Shown here in pieces: positions 38,660 through 51,743 of a stretch of DNA of 64,000 bases. Source of the stretch: Octopus sinensis (lineage: Eukaryota). The stretch's first letter is position 1; every line of letters begins with the position of its first letter. The notes beneath the pieces were generated by a model that worked only from the letters and a program-made list of their open reading frames with translations, searched no databases and was not told the DNA's origin. Both the position numbers and the translations under genes were made by a program. The stretch covers positions 126,046,001 to 126,110,000 of the forward strand of contig NC_043000.1 in NCBI RefSeq assembly GCF_006345805.1, read 5' to 3'.

Positions 38660-39493
38660 ATTAACTGCTCTACATCTTAGAATGTGCTTCTCCTCCAGAT
38701 TCATGTATTTCTACAAACGATCGATATATATATATATATATATATATACTTATATATCTATACACAGTTATGAATATATTTATGTATGTTAGTGTGTCTA
38801 TGTACATATAAGTATACTAGACTCTCTGTGTGTTTATGTCTGTACGTTTGATGCATGTGTGTGTGAGTGTATGTATATATAATACTCACACATACATACA
38901 TAGTGAGAGAGAGAGAGAGAGCAGTAATAAAAAGTGTATGTGATATCAATTATTGAAAAGTATTTATTTATTTTTTTTATTCAAGATGAATGCAACCAAA
39001 ATCCTCTGAAGAATTCGCAAATATATAATAAACCTAATTAAATTATTACTTCATATTTTACCAAACTGTTATTAGTCTTATTTTTTCAGTTATCATTTGT
39101 CTAGCTGACTGAATATAATACAAACTCTTCTGCTTTTATATTCTACTAAGAAAAATATACATACATACATACATACATACATTATGTCTTGGTTATATAT
39201 ACCAAATAAGATATATATAGACATATGTATACAAAGCTGCTGCTTCTAGTGAAAAGATATAGTGTCATCTTGTCTTGTGGTTTGACAAGTTGTACAAAAA
39301 ATACATTTCAAATGAAAGTAATTTTGGTGAAAAATATTTTGGTCATTCTTCGTGTTTTTATTAATTTCTATCTCTTTGAATGAATTGCTTGTTTGTTTAG
39401 CAAAGCAATGAGAGAGATAACCGAATTTATGTATTCTTTGCTCATAAAAATGAACTATACAGAATGGAAAATATTTTTGAGCTTTTGGTTGAC

Positions 39494-39562
<69 letters not shown>

Positions 39563-40779
39563 GGCATGGCTATGAAATTGAAATTGGTTGCTTCTCAACA
39601 ACATGGCCTCAGATTTAGTTCTTCAATCCCATTACATTGCACCTTGGTCAAGCGTCTCCCACCATAGCTTCAGGCTTACTGATGCCTTAAGAAGAAATTT
39701 AATAGAAACTGTTAGAAACCCTGTGTGTGTGTTTGTTTGTTTATAATCTGTGCTGAACTGTGGTTACAAAGGTAACATGAGTGTTTGTAGCTGATCTGCA
39801 ACTGGTGTTGCTGACATTTCTTATCAATAAATCATCCCCAAGCTCTGTGCTTTGGAATTTTTCTTAAATGGAAAATCCCTTACTTGCAATACAGGTAATT
39901 GTTGGCAACAGGAAGAGCATCCAACCATGAAAAATCCTATTTCCATCTCAATTTGTCAGACCCACGCTAGAAGGAGTTAGACAGTTTGATATATGTATAT
40001 ATATAAAGCTTTATTGACTTGATGTGTTCTTAGGAATAAGTTAAGTAACAGGATATGGAGAGAAGCTGTTTTCTAGGCATTTCCATGATTTAAAACTGAT
40101 ACATATTGCTTGCAATAATCATCATGACAATAGTAATAATGATGATGCTAACCAAGACAATGATACTCATCATTATCATCATGATAAATTTCAATCCATT
40201 TAAATTTAGGGAGAAAATTGTTATCTTGACATTATGTGTGTAAGTGGAAATGTTAGTTTATGAATTTTAACCATTTTTTGTTGTTTAAGTTTCCTTACTG
40301 GGATAATTTCATCCTTAGCCATTGCTTGGTAAAACACACTTTCTATTCACAACACAGGTTCTGTATTGGTATACTCAGTTTAGAAGACACAGAATAAACA
40401 TTTTATTAATAGGAAAGTGAAAGAAGATAAATTGACCATTTGAAGGAAAGCGAAAAGAGCTGACATTTTGAGATTACCTTTTCAATGGAACAAAATTAAA
40501 TCCGATGCTTTCTATGCAGTGTGTATATATGTATGTGTATAGGTTCATCCTAGGCTATCAATGTTTATTTTGGATAGCATTTTCTCTCCCCAAGAACGAA
40601 GTATCACATATCAGGTGCTATATATATGCATATCATACCTTCTTATTTGACCGACGATCTATATGTCACAGGTCACCTTGATCAGAGAAGACTTGTAGCT
40701 ACACTGTGATGATTAAAATAGCTGTATTAGCTTTGCAAAGCTAAGAAAAAACCTTATTCAATTTTTTTTTATATGAATC

Positions 40780-41006
40780 TTAACAATTTTTTACCATATT
40801 TCTGTTGGAATATGCCACCTTTATTTCAATTAATTTTGAAAACTGAAGAATTTAGTAAAATAAGTTTGTCATTATTAAGACGGTGTTTGGAATGTAAATT
40901 AACCCGAAATTTGGATGGAAGGTTTTAATTTATATCACTTAAAAACTGGAAATGTGTATGATAGAACCATGGATGTTCTTGAGTGGGTTGGTGTTAAATG
41001 GGTTAA
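40780..41006 (+). mobile_element. Diverged TTAA-type MITE
   Basis: gaatttagtaaaataag...ggttggtgttaaatgggttaa resembles the 51907 family. Confidence 0.55.
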
Positions 41007-42491
41007 AGAATAAAGGTGATGCTATCGGAAAGATGATTTACTCAAATGAAACAAAAATATTTCCAAACCTCTAAGCAATCAAAGAACAAAATGTCTTAAT
41101 AAGAAATTTCTTTTATCATCTTCCAATAACTTATGGTGCCATCTCAAAGTTAACTTTACACTAATACAAGTCAGTGAACCTTATCAAATATATTTAGCAA
41201 GTTTTACCAATTTTTTTTCCATTACAACTTTTCTGATAGCTTTTGAAATAATGGTTTCCTAGGGTTTTTTATTTATTTATGCTGCGATTCAGTTACTGAA
41301 AGTCATTCCACCCAATGATTTGATCTTGATTGATCTCTATGTCTTTGATTTATTTAATTAGTCTCCTACAAAAACACATTATAAAGCTTCGTTCACAAAT
41401 TTATCACTAAATTCAGATCGGCCCAATTTTCTGCAGCCAATTTCGCAATAAGCTTGTCCCACTGAATATTGTGATTTCAGTTGTAAAGTAGAAAGTTGTT
41501 TTGTTATATCTCAGCTGTGATGAATAATATATTCTCTTCTCTGTGTGTTTTCACTGAAAAGGAATTCGATGATAGTTGATTAGTTGAACAGTCAACTCAA
41601 AAATAAGTCTCTTTTTGACCATACTAGTTTGGAACATTTTTTTTTCTCCAATAAAGGGATAAATCTTTTCTATATTATTACTAAATTACTGAAGATTTGT
41701 GACTGGTTTCTAAGTTCATTTTGTGATCTTTTATTCTTAGTTCTTAAAAATATCAGGATAAATTTCTTCCTTTCCCACGGAACTTTTTATCTGCTTTATC
41801 TAAAACTGATACTAATATTGTTCAACAGAAATTATGAACGCTCAAAAAAATACAAATTAAATCTAGAATACTTGGAATTTGAATATCCTATTTTCCCCAA
41901 AAATAATATACAAAAATACTTGTATATTATATATACTTGTATATCGGCTGATAAAAAAATAGCTGTATATTATTTGATATGCAAACACTAAAAAGTGTTT
42001 TAATTATCTTCTCAAAATGATTAGTTTGTATGGTCATCAGCTTTTACTTGTATTTTGATATACTGTAAAGGCTTTGTTGAAAACAAAACCCTGTGACAGT
42101 TATTTGCCATTATTTAATGTGAAGATATAAGTTATGAGGAGATATCAATGGTTGTTCCCAATATTTTGTTGTGTAAGTTCTTATTTTCACATATTTCCTT
42201 TTTGCTTTGATAACTCTGAAAGAGGAGAGTACAGATTTATAATATGTTACTGGTTTCATGATAGTTCCCAAAAGAAGGAGTGGATACCCGCAAGGAATCT
42301 ATAACAGTTGCAGCATTTATCAAGTGTTGGACTGAGTAGCAGGGAGGAATTTAAGCATTGCTTTTTCATAGTTTTTTTATTAGCAACACTTAATAGAAAG
42401 AAAGGGGAATGAAATCACATTTTATTGTTTGTATTTTTCCTTTCAATGTGTGTGTGTATATATATATATATATAATATATATATATATATA

Positions 42492-42722
42492 AGGCAGCAA
42501 GCTGACAGACACGTTAGCACGCCGGGCGAAATGCTTAGTGGTATTTCGTCCGTCTTTACGTTCTGAGTCCAAATTCCGCCAAGGTCAACTTTGCCTTTCA
42601 TCCTTTCGGGATCGATAAATACAGTACCAGTTTCACACTGGGGTCGATGTAATCGACTTAATCCCTTTGTCTGTCCTTGTTTGTCCCCTCTATGTTTAGC
42701 CCCTTGTGGGCAATAAAGAAAT
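42492..42722 (+). mobile_element. SINE family B, well preserved
   Basis: aaggcagcaagctgacagacacgttagcacgccgggcgaaatgc...ctgagtccaaattccgcc...gggcaataaagaaat. Confidence 0.85.
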
Positions 42723-42745
42723 ATATATATTAAGAAATGTATATA

Positions 42746-42778
<33 letters not shown>

Positions 42779-42934
42779 GGGTGTGTGCCTATATATCTGC
42801 TGTGGGCGTTAGATAATCTTTTGTGTAAAGCACCTTTTCTTTCTGTTATGTTGTCATTTATTTGTTAATTTTGTCAATGATTTTGAGTTGAGTTGCAATG
42901 ACACTACATCCGTTTGCCTGCTTTGTCTTGCTAG

Positions 42935-43003
42935 AATATATTTCTTTTGATAATATGATTGAAACTAATGGACGAACATCACCACCACAGTTTGCAGGAT
43001 GAG
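42935..43003 (+). other. Candidate alternative exon with two possible readings (phase-1 EYISFDNMIETNGRTSPPQFAG* or ATG-initiated MDEHHHHSLQDE)
   Basis: ctttgtcttgctag acceptor and GAG|gtaagc donor 69 nt apart; TGA at 43000-43002 in the KIF13 frame; ATG at 42968 open to the donor in phase 0. Confidence 0.5.
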
Positions 43004-44091
43004 GTAAGCGTTAAAAGGGATTAAACAAATTATTCTTTTTCTCTCCAAACGAGCTACTAACATCAGTTATTTAGATCTAAATTTGAAGATCCTACTCATT
43101 TAAAAATCATGGTTTTTAGCATGATGTAAAAAAAAAAAGGAATTATAAAAAAAAAAATAAGTAAAAATCATATCATTCATTTGTTCTGTCTCTCGACGAC
43201 AATTTTTCTCTCAAGGTGATGTTTCTGAAAATTACTTTTGTAGTTGTTCATTCTCACCCACCACCACCACCACCACCACCCCAGTTTTTTTGTTTTGGTT
43301 TTTAATTCACAATTCATTCATATTATTACCATATTTCTATATATGTATATATAGATATATATCTTTACTGTCATATATTGTTCATTTATCCTACTTAATG
43401 ATTATATATATAAATGTTTGTATCAAACAGTGGTGTATTTTGATGTGATTTCTTATAACTTACATTTACCAGCATGGAATGTTTCTTCTCTCCATCTCAA
43501 CTCTTTTAAGTGTGCATCAATGACATGAAATTTCAATCTGTTGTTGGGTGGGAATGTCAATCGTTGTTCTTTTACTCATCTTAATATCATTATCATTTTG
43601 TTACCTTGCTTTTAACAGAATTACATGAATGCATTACTTTCTAATCATTAATAACTGTAACATTGTTGTTATTATTGTAATTAATATTTCTAATAACTTA
43701 CTTTCTCATTGTTATTCCTCCTATTCTATAACTGTTCCATTTTATTCCTTTCATACTTACATAATATTTTACTTTACATTTTTTACATTGTGTGAGAATT
43801 TTACTTTTTATATGTTTTCCTATATCTGCAGTTGCAGATGAAGCATAATTACTACACGTGTTGTTAATAAACCTGACTTTAGCTTAAATTATGTTTAGCA
43901 TGCTAAATAAATACAAGCTCAGTGATGGATTTACATCCAGATACATTTACTCCATTTACATAATTCATCATAATGATCATTAAAGTCATCATCTTGGCTT
44001 CAGTATAAAGTTTTTGTAAATATTTCTTGCAAAGTTATTATTTAGTGTAGTCACTAGAGAACTGCCTACAAATATATATTTGTTATCACAG

Positions 44092-44139
44092 ACGCTCTGC
44101 TAGGACAACTTGGACAGTGGATATCTAAACCCCCAGAAC
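44092..44139 (+). CDS. KIF13: Candidate cassette exon of KIF13 (DALLGQLGQWISKPPE)
   Basis: tttgttatcacag acceptor, gtgagt donor; 48 nt. Only the phase-1 frame is open, the phase needed between 12033/12138 and 55489. Confidence 0.65.
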
Positions 44140-45099
44140 GTGAGTGGTTCCCTTAAATTTTTTTTTTTTAAACGCATCCCCAAATTCATTCCTCTGTCAG
44201 TCATAATCATTTTTTTACCCCCTTTTTAGTACATCATATATATCAAGATGTGCATGCTATATATTTTATATATATTTCATCTAGATGACAGGCATGATAT
44301 TTTTATATTGAGCATGCTGCTTGCCTTATAAATTATCTAAAGGAATGTTTATTCACTTACAACAAAATACTTTCATATCCTACCTAGTTTTAAATAAATC
44401 TATTTAATATATATCCTCTTACATGATAACAAATTGGAAACTTCTAAACGTATTTTAAAAGATGTATTAATTTGTAAAATAAAATCCTGGCTGGAAGGAA
44501 TTGTAAACTTCAGAGCAAATTAAAGATTTCTTTTTGTTTTTGACCTTGAAGTTTCTCAAAAAATTGCTGATCACGTTAGTAAGATCTGAGTAATTATATT
44601 AGCCAACTTTATTGGAAAGGGAGACCTTTGAGCTGAGTGAAAACTTATATGTGAGTTTTACACGGATTATTTTTATTTTAAGTTATAGAAAATAGCAGAA
44701 AATAAGTTACAGAAGGTCAAAACAACCCTCCTTGTTAACCCAATCAACTGAGTTATTTAAAAAAACAAAATACTTAAACAGAGAGCTCTGATAATTATAT
44801 AAGGGGAAAATATTCCCTTTTGCTTTCATGAGAACCAGAAACATTGAAGGTTAATTAGTTTTAATCTCATCAAATAATCATTGATTGATTTTTACAAAGT
44901 ACAATTCTTGTTCCTATAAACTATAACAATCACAAACATTCCTTGAGGTAAAAAAAAAGATGTCTTACATTCCTAAGATCAGTGCAATTTGATTTCCATT
45001 TCTACTGTATAAAATTGTTTCTACACATGTGCATGCTTTCATTGTTACGTTGATTGAACACTTGGATTTTAGGTAAGTGCAGGCATGATTATGTGGGTA

Positions 45100-45585
45100 A
45101 AAGAGTGCATTGGAAAGTTAGCCAAGTGTGTGGTTTTTAAATAACAGAAAAGTGATATGGACACAAACCAGAGATTGTGATAGAGAATAAGAACTTTGGG
45201 TTTTTATTAGGCTTTCCCGTTAATACTGACCATGCTATTGAAACAAGGAGATCAGTTATGATTATAGAGGACAAAATGAAACAGACAGTGTAAGGTCATT
45301 GACTTTGCAATTCCCTATGACAACAGAGTAGGTAACAAAGAAATTGAAAAACTTGAGAAATATCAGGACCCAGTCAGAAAGATGAAGACATTGTGTGAGA
45401 CTTAAGATGACAATTACTCCTGTTGGAATTGGGTCCTGTTGGAATTGCCAACCTGCAGAAAAGTGCAGTCCTGTATTCTGCAAAAATCCTAAGAAAGATT
45501 CTTGTGAATTGAGGAGACTTGTCACCAAACCTCATAAGATCCCTGCTAAATAATATAGTATGTAATAATAATAATGATAAAGCTA
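45100..45585 (+). mobile_element. R4/Dong-clade non-LTR element 3' part (restriction-like endonuclease region) with (TAA)n tail
   Basis: Frameshifted peptides HWKVSQVCGF..YGHKPEIVIEN..NTDHAIETRR, CKVIDFAIPYDNRV.NKEIE, KYQD, LQKSAVLYSAKILRKIL; ends taataataataat. Confidence 0.75.
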
Positions 45586-45649
45586 TATTGTTTATTTATT
45601 AAATCATCATTGGAGTAATCTTTTACAAACAGTTAAGATTTTTTTTTTT

Positions 45650-47520
45650 TAATATTTTATTGTTAATGTGAAGAGTATTAGCAGCATCCATAGCCTTCGG
45701 TAAGTTTTCTCAGACTGCTGTAAGATCATGTTGTCGTTCAGTTCAAGATTTTGTTGATGTCCAGAAGAATACAGCTTTTGTGGGAGAATGATTTGGGGAA
45801 GGTGTTTAGAGCAACATGTAGGGATTAAACTTCATAGGATGAGTGAAGGAGAGACAGGTCTGCGGGAGGCTCCAGGGTAGCAGTAGAATGCAGCTTGTTA
45901 GTTCAGATGATCAGAAGCTGTTGAGGTATCTGGTATCAGTAGATGGAAACAAAGAGAAGAAAGCAACACAGCTATGAGTTTGTGGTTGTCAAGTGCTGAT
46001 AAGGGAATATTTGCTGATCAACTAGATAACCATTTTTTTTGTATGCAAACCAGGATGTTTAGGTGTAGAAACAAACACTAACTAATGTAACTAGCACTTC
46101 AGTTTTGTACAGAGTCTGTAAGTGATCATCTTTTGAGATGAAACCTAATTTAAGAGAAGCAGTTTTGGCCGGTGTTATGGATTTGAGCTTGCTATGTATG
46201 AGATTATCAGATTGTAATGCCTTGCATTTGTAGCAGCTATAAGGATTTTAGTTGTGTCTTTTCAGTGTGCAAAGCTCTTTCCTTTGTATGTAAAGTAATG
46301 GAGTATTGATGTTGTTACAGGAGACTAGGTTGTCATATCCATATTAATGAATGTTGTCAAGATCTCTTATCATAGAAGCAGTGCAAGTTTTGCATGGTGT
46401 CCTCCAAATTGTATGTGGAAAACTAGCATCACCTACATAGGCATGAATATGGTTAGAAGTAATTGCACGTCTTTATGGTATAATAAGTGTTTTGAAAACA
46501 ACTAAAATTTGGGTTTACTACAGCTGGTAGTGTGGCTGTGGAGAAAGTACTCTCAGATCATGCTACAATGGAGCAGTTTAACAGGAAAATTCTGATCCAA
46601 GAGACAAGAGATGTATGGAGACTATAGTTTGGCAACTTATCTAAGATGTTCTCATGATAGAGTCAGTCAAAGAGACCACACATAATGAACTAAGAGAGAA
46701 TCAAGATGAAGAATCTCAAACTTAAAATTTTGGCAGTTTTCTTCTTAACATCTTTTGAGAATTTATGTGTGAGGCAGTCTAAAACCACCCCAATCTTTGG
46801 AAACTTGTGTTTCCATAGACTGAGGTGGATCCTCAAAGATTTCTCTAAGTCAGCATTTATTGGTGTCCAGAGGGATGCAGTTTTGAGGAGAACGCTTAGC
46901 AGGGGAGTGTTTAGAACAAGTATGATAAGAAAAGGAGAGGCAGTTCTGTCAGGTGACCCATAGCAGAGAGAGAGAAACAGCGAAAAGTTTGGTGAAAACA
47001 AAAACTAGATGTAAAAAGTGTAGGTATGTTTCTTTGGATAAATCAGTGATTATAGAAGTTTTCACACTTAGTTATCATGTGTACAGAGTAAATAGTAGAG
47101 ATAGATAAGTCAAGAAGCTGAGTTTAAGAAAAGTTATGCTGTGTCAATCTAAGCAAATAGAATTATTTTATAAGTAAGTGTTTTAGTCACAGAACCATTC
47201 TTGTTTGGGAGATGATGAGTAGAAGTATTCTGCAAAGCTAACATGTCTGATAGCTGTTTTATAAGTGTTGCAGAGGTAGATAGATGTCTTGTAATTGGTG
47301 GCAGGTGACTTTCTCCATGTGTTGTACGCACAATCAGTTAACCAATAAACCTATGTGATGTTGAGGGTCAGTCGCACTTAGGTGAATGGTATCAATGACC
47401 AGTTTAACTGAGGAAATGGGAAGTGATGAAATTCATTTGCTACCAAAAGTTGCCAACTTAGAACTGGCAAAGTTCCAACCAGGGCTGGAAGGCAGAAGTT
47501 CTGTGTTAAAATGGTTTTGT
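45650..47520 (-). mobile_element. Decayed reverse-transcriptase LINE (CR1/L2/Jockey group)
   Basis: Minus peptides FD*LYHENILDKLPNYSLHTSLVSWIRIFL, HIHAYVGD (YADD remnant) and DLDNIH*YGYDNLV. Confidence 0.65.
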
Positions 47521-48046
47521 GGTGCTTTGATTAGACTGTGATCAGATGATTTTTATGAGGAAGGAAACAATGATCACTGTTCCAAATCAGTCATTGTAGA
47601 AACAATGAATGTATCAAACCCAAAAGAGGTTCAATTCCCAAACTAAAAAAAGATCTCTTATGTCTTGGAGAAATTTGAAAGATACTGTTTCTCTGATTAA
47701 TATCATGCAACAATGCCAATATACAGTCAAACATATAGAATATAAATGAAAATACTCTGAGAACCATTGTATCTCAGCTTTAAAATATTCCAACAATATA
47801 AATTGCATAATGTCATAAAATACTATAAATATTTTCTGGAGAGAAGCCAAAACTTATTATTTTACAACCAATTTTTACACCATTAATTCCAGAATTTATA
47901 TGTATACCACACTTCACTGAAAAATTATCTTTTTATAAAGTGATTTTCTCGGTATATTAGTGACATAGAAAATGGCTCTGATAAAAAGTTTTTAAATGTA
48001 ATTGATGGCTGAATAGATATAAATAGATTATAAAGTGTGTGTTGTA

Positions 48047-48080
<34 letters not shown>

Positions 48081-48761
48081 ATTTAAAAGAGAGTCATTAA
48101 AATATTTTTACATATAAAGAAGCTTAAGACTTAATACTTATCACATCTTATAGTAAGATAATTTTGCAGTTGTCAGCAGATGAATCTCCATCATCATCAT
48201 CATCATCCTCATTTATGTGGAACAACCATCATCTTTATTGGCTTTGACTGAATAGATCTGTATTGTGACATATTTGTACTCCTCCCACTTTAGTGTTATC
48301 TTAATCATGAGACTAGCATGTTCATCATCATTTAACATATTTTTTTCCCATACTGGCATGGTTTCTACAGCGGGATGCCCTGTCTAATACCAGTCACTTA
48401 ACAGAGTGTACTGGGTGCTTTTTATGTGCCCCCCCCCAACACTGGTGAGGTTGCTAAATACCCACATAAGACCCTCTCAGTTGAGCAGAGTATAAACTGG
48501 TGAAATAAGAAACTTATGATAGAAGGAGAGGAGCAGGTGTCATGCTGAAGATGTGAATCCATAGCTTGTCCACCAGGAAAGTGAGAGAGAGGGGGGAAAA
48601 AGAGATGTGATGTCCAGGTACAACATGCAGGATACAGAATAGGATGGAAGATTGGAAAAGGTAGATGTGTGAGATTAAATCCATGCATTATTAGATATAT
48701 GACAAGTTTATCGAAAATCAATGAAATTCGCCATCAAGCTGAGAACCACAAATTACCAGAC

Positions 48762-48980
48762 TCTTTTACTCTTTTGCTTGTTTCAGTCATTTGACTGTGG
48801 CCATGCTGGAGCACCGCCTTTAGACAAGCAAATTGACCCCAGGACTTATTCTTTGTAAGCATAGTACTTATTCTATCAGTCTCTTTTGCCGAACCGATAA
48901 GTTATGGGGATGTAAACACACCAGCATTGGTTGTCAAGTGATGTTGGTAGGGACAAACACAGACACACAAATACATACAC

Positions 48981-49034
<54 letters not shown>

Positions 49035-49195
49035 GAAGGGCTTCTTTCAGTTTCCGTCTACCAAATCCACTCACAAGGCTTTGGTCGGCCCGAGGCTATA
49101 GTAGAAGACATTTGATGAAGGTGCCATGCAGTGGAACTGAACTGGAACCATGTGGTTCATAAGCAAGCTACTTACCACACAGTCACTCCTATACC
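48762..49195 (-). mobile_element. SINE family A, near full length
   Basis: actcttttactcttttgcttgtttcagtcatttgactgtgg...cttaccacacagtcactcctatacct. Confidence 0.88.
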
Positions 49196-49569
49196 TATTT
49201 GAGATGAGAGACTATTTGAGACTGATAGAGATGGAAGAATGTTTCATCACCGGCTATGTTTTGCATACAGAGATGGTCAAAACAATTAAATCTGAATGGA
49301 CCAATCCACATAACTGTATGAGGGTACCATACAGTAGAATGGTTCATTATGGTAGCATTGAAAAATTCATGGGTATTTTGTTAGGTTACCTGACCAAATG
49401 CATCTTTTTTGTGATTGTAATCCAAAAGTGATTTGAGTCCCATTTGTCTCAAGTATGTCGATAAGGATCATTACCATTGATGTATACCTGTAACCAGAAA
49501 AGGTCAAGTTCACATATGTGTACCCTTTTGTCTCCACAACCTACACAGTTATGTTAAAGTATTGTTTAT

Positions 49570-49672
49570 AAGATGCCCTTGGGCAAGTGTCTTCTACTAT
49601 AACCTCGGGCCGACCAAAGCCTTGTGAGTGGATTTGGTAGACGGAAACTGAAAGAAGCATGTCGTATATATG

Positions 49673-49709
<37 letters not shown>

Positions 49710-50196
49710 TCATCATCATCATCATCGTTTAACGTCTATTTTCCATGCTAGCATGGGTTGGACAGTTCGACCGGGATCTGGGAAGCCAGAAGGCTGCACC
49801 AGGCTCCAGTCTGATCTGGCAGTTTTTCTACAGCTGGATGCCCTTCCTAACACCAACCACCTCATGAGTGTAGTGGGTGCTTTTTACGTGCCACCGGCAC
49901 AGAAGCCAGTCAGGGCGGCGCTGGCATCGGCCATGTTCGGGTGGTGCTTTTTACGTGCCACCAGCACATATATATATATATGTCTGTGTATGTTTGTGTG
50001 TCTGTGTTTGTCCCCCCAACATCACTTGACAACTGATGCTGGTGTGTTTACATCCCCATAACTTAGCAGTTTGGCAAAAGAGACCAATAGAACAAGTACT
50101 AGGCTTACAAAGAATAAGTCCTGGGGTCGATTTGCTCTAGTAAAGGCGGTGCTCCAGCATGGCCACATTCAAATGACTAAAACAAGTAAAAGAGTA
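49570..50196 (+). mobile_element. SINE family A with an RTE-type tail element (49706-49965) inserted in its central microsatellite
   Basis: ccttgggcaagtgtcttctactat...gtcgtatatatg, then (CAT)n cgtttaacgtc..., then the family A 3' half ending aacaagtaaaagagta. Confidence 0.8.
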
Positions 50197-50666
50197 AGAT
50201 ATTGACTGGATTGTTATCAAACTTCAACATCATAATGTCCTTTTATGTTAGCATAACAAGACTGTTACTATCATAGTCTTTTGTCATCTGTTTTGTGAGG
50301 CTCAGTGTTCTGGTGCCTAAACTCATAACTTCCTCCTTGATAGCATATGCCACCTTTCCACTCAGCATTCACTGTTCATACACATCACATATAGATGTCA
50401 GTGGGTCGTGCTCATCTAATTTTTCTCCAGCCTCTGCAGACCAAACATTTTCTTGGTTGGTACCTCTTCATTATCATACAGGCCCACAGTTCTTGTACAT
50501 GCTTTATACAGCCAACATCTTATTTTAGATTTCTATATTTAATAACACACTGCAAAGTGGTTGGCATTGGGAAGGACATCCAGCCATAAAATCCATGCCA
50601 AAGCAGACAATAGAACTTGGTGCAGTCTTCTGACTTGCCAGCTCCAGCATGGGAAACAGACATTAA

Positions 50667-51743
50667 CCCTTTCGTTACGAAACCGCCCGAAAAAAACTTT
50701 GGTTAATGTGACCAAGCCGCCCCAAACCGCCCGAATTTACCTATTCATATTTAAATGAGAATATCAGAGTAAATCTCTTTAGTACATTCGTGAAAACACG
50801 TATTATACTTCGTAAACAGTTCAACTACAGTTTTGTACAAAAATCGAAGTGTAATTTTAATTCCGTGAATTATGGGAGATTTTTTTCCGAAATTTGTTCC
50901 TATTGTGTTTTCAAAATTTGTAATTCTGACAAAAAATGGATACGAATTTCATTATATCAAGCAGCGAGTCAGAATTCGAAGGATTTTTTACTGAAAACCT
51001 TCATAAATCTAACTCTATGACTGAAAAAAAAATGCATGTGGTATTTGATAATGAATCTGATGTTTCATTTTCCGAAAGTGAAAACAGTGAATCCGAGAGC
51101 TCCGACAGAGATAAAGAAAATGAATTGGCACCTGAATGAAGTGAAAATTTAAAAACTGTTTCTTTCGGTGATTTTTCTGAAGAAACTGGACCAAGCCACA
51201 GACTTTCCCAGAAGAGTAAAGCCTTAGACTATTTCTTTTTACTTTTTCGAATGAGCCTATTTGAAATCATTACGGCGGAAACGAACCGTTATGCTAAACG
51301 TAAACAAAGCGAAAGAAAGGATAGTTTGTTATTTCCCACAACCTTAAATGAAATTAAGGCCTATTTTGCCATAAATATTATTATGGGTATCAGAAAGTTA
51401 CCCAGAATAACAAATTCTATCGTAAAATTTTGTTGTATACCCAATTGAATATTAGCTAATAACCCATTTTCTATAGCGATGTTTGAACAAAATTTTAATA
51501 ATTTTATATATTGTTGAATTTACCTGTATCTACCTGCAATTAGAGTCACTTTGTGACAAAAATTATAGTATAGAATTGGTTGAGAACATTTCATTAAATT
51601 ATCTTCCAAAATTCATGTTAATATATTGATAAATAAAAAAGTTATAGTTGTTTAATGAAACCAGACTAAATTTATGATTACGTTAGAAATTAATTGAAAC
51701 ACATAAGGGGTGTATTTTGGTCAGAAATATAGTAACGAAAGGG
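50667..51743 (+). mobile_element. Internally deleted piggyBac transposon with transposase N-terminal remnant
   Basis: TTAA-CCCTTTCGTTAC...GTAACGAAAGGG-TTAA; acidic N-terminus (ORF 50936), then LDYFFLLF..LFEIITAETNRYA..PTTLNEIKAYFAINIIMGIRKLP, typical of piggyBac/PGBD. Confidence 0.88.

Noticed and set aside
38986-39041. Acceptor-like site giving DECNQNPLKNSQIYNKPN* (similar cases at ~14193 GVDSEALCPDK*, ~16558 and ~19266 DFS*)
   Set aside because: Short phase-1 peptides after a T-rich AG are expected by chance in AT-rich introns; no independent support.
41584-41991. 135-aa ORF starting at a non-ATG codon
   Set aside because: Composition typical of AT-rich non-coding or decayed transposon sequence; no motif recognised.
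45060-45080. ttttag|gtaagt as a recursive splice site
   Set aside because: Donor is perfect but the upstream pyrimidine tract is weak; cannot be supported without nascent-RNA data.
50936-51448. Acidic ORF and downstream ORF as host genes or a domesticated PGBD
   Set aside because: Interrupted by a stop and frameshifts, lacks the catalytic core and sits between intact TIRs.
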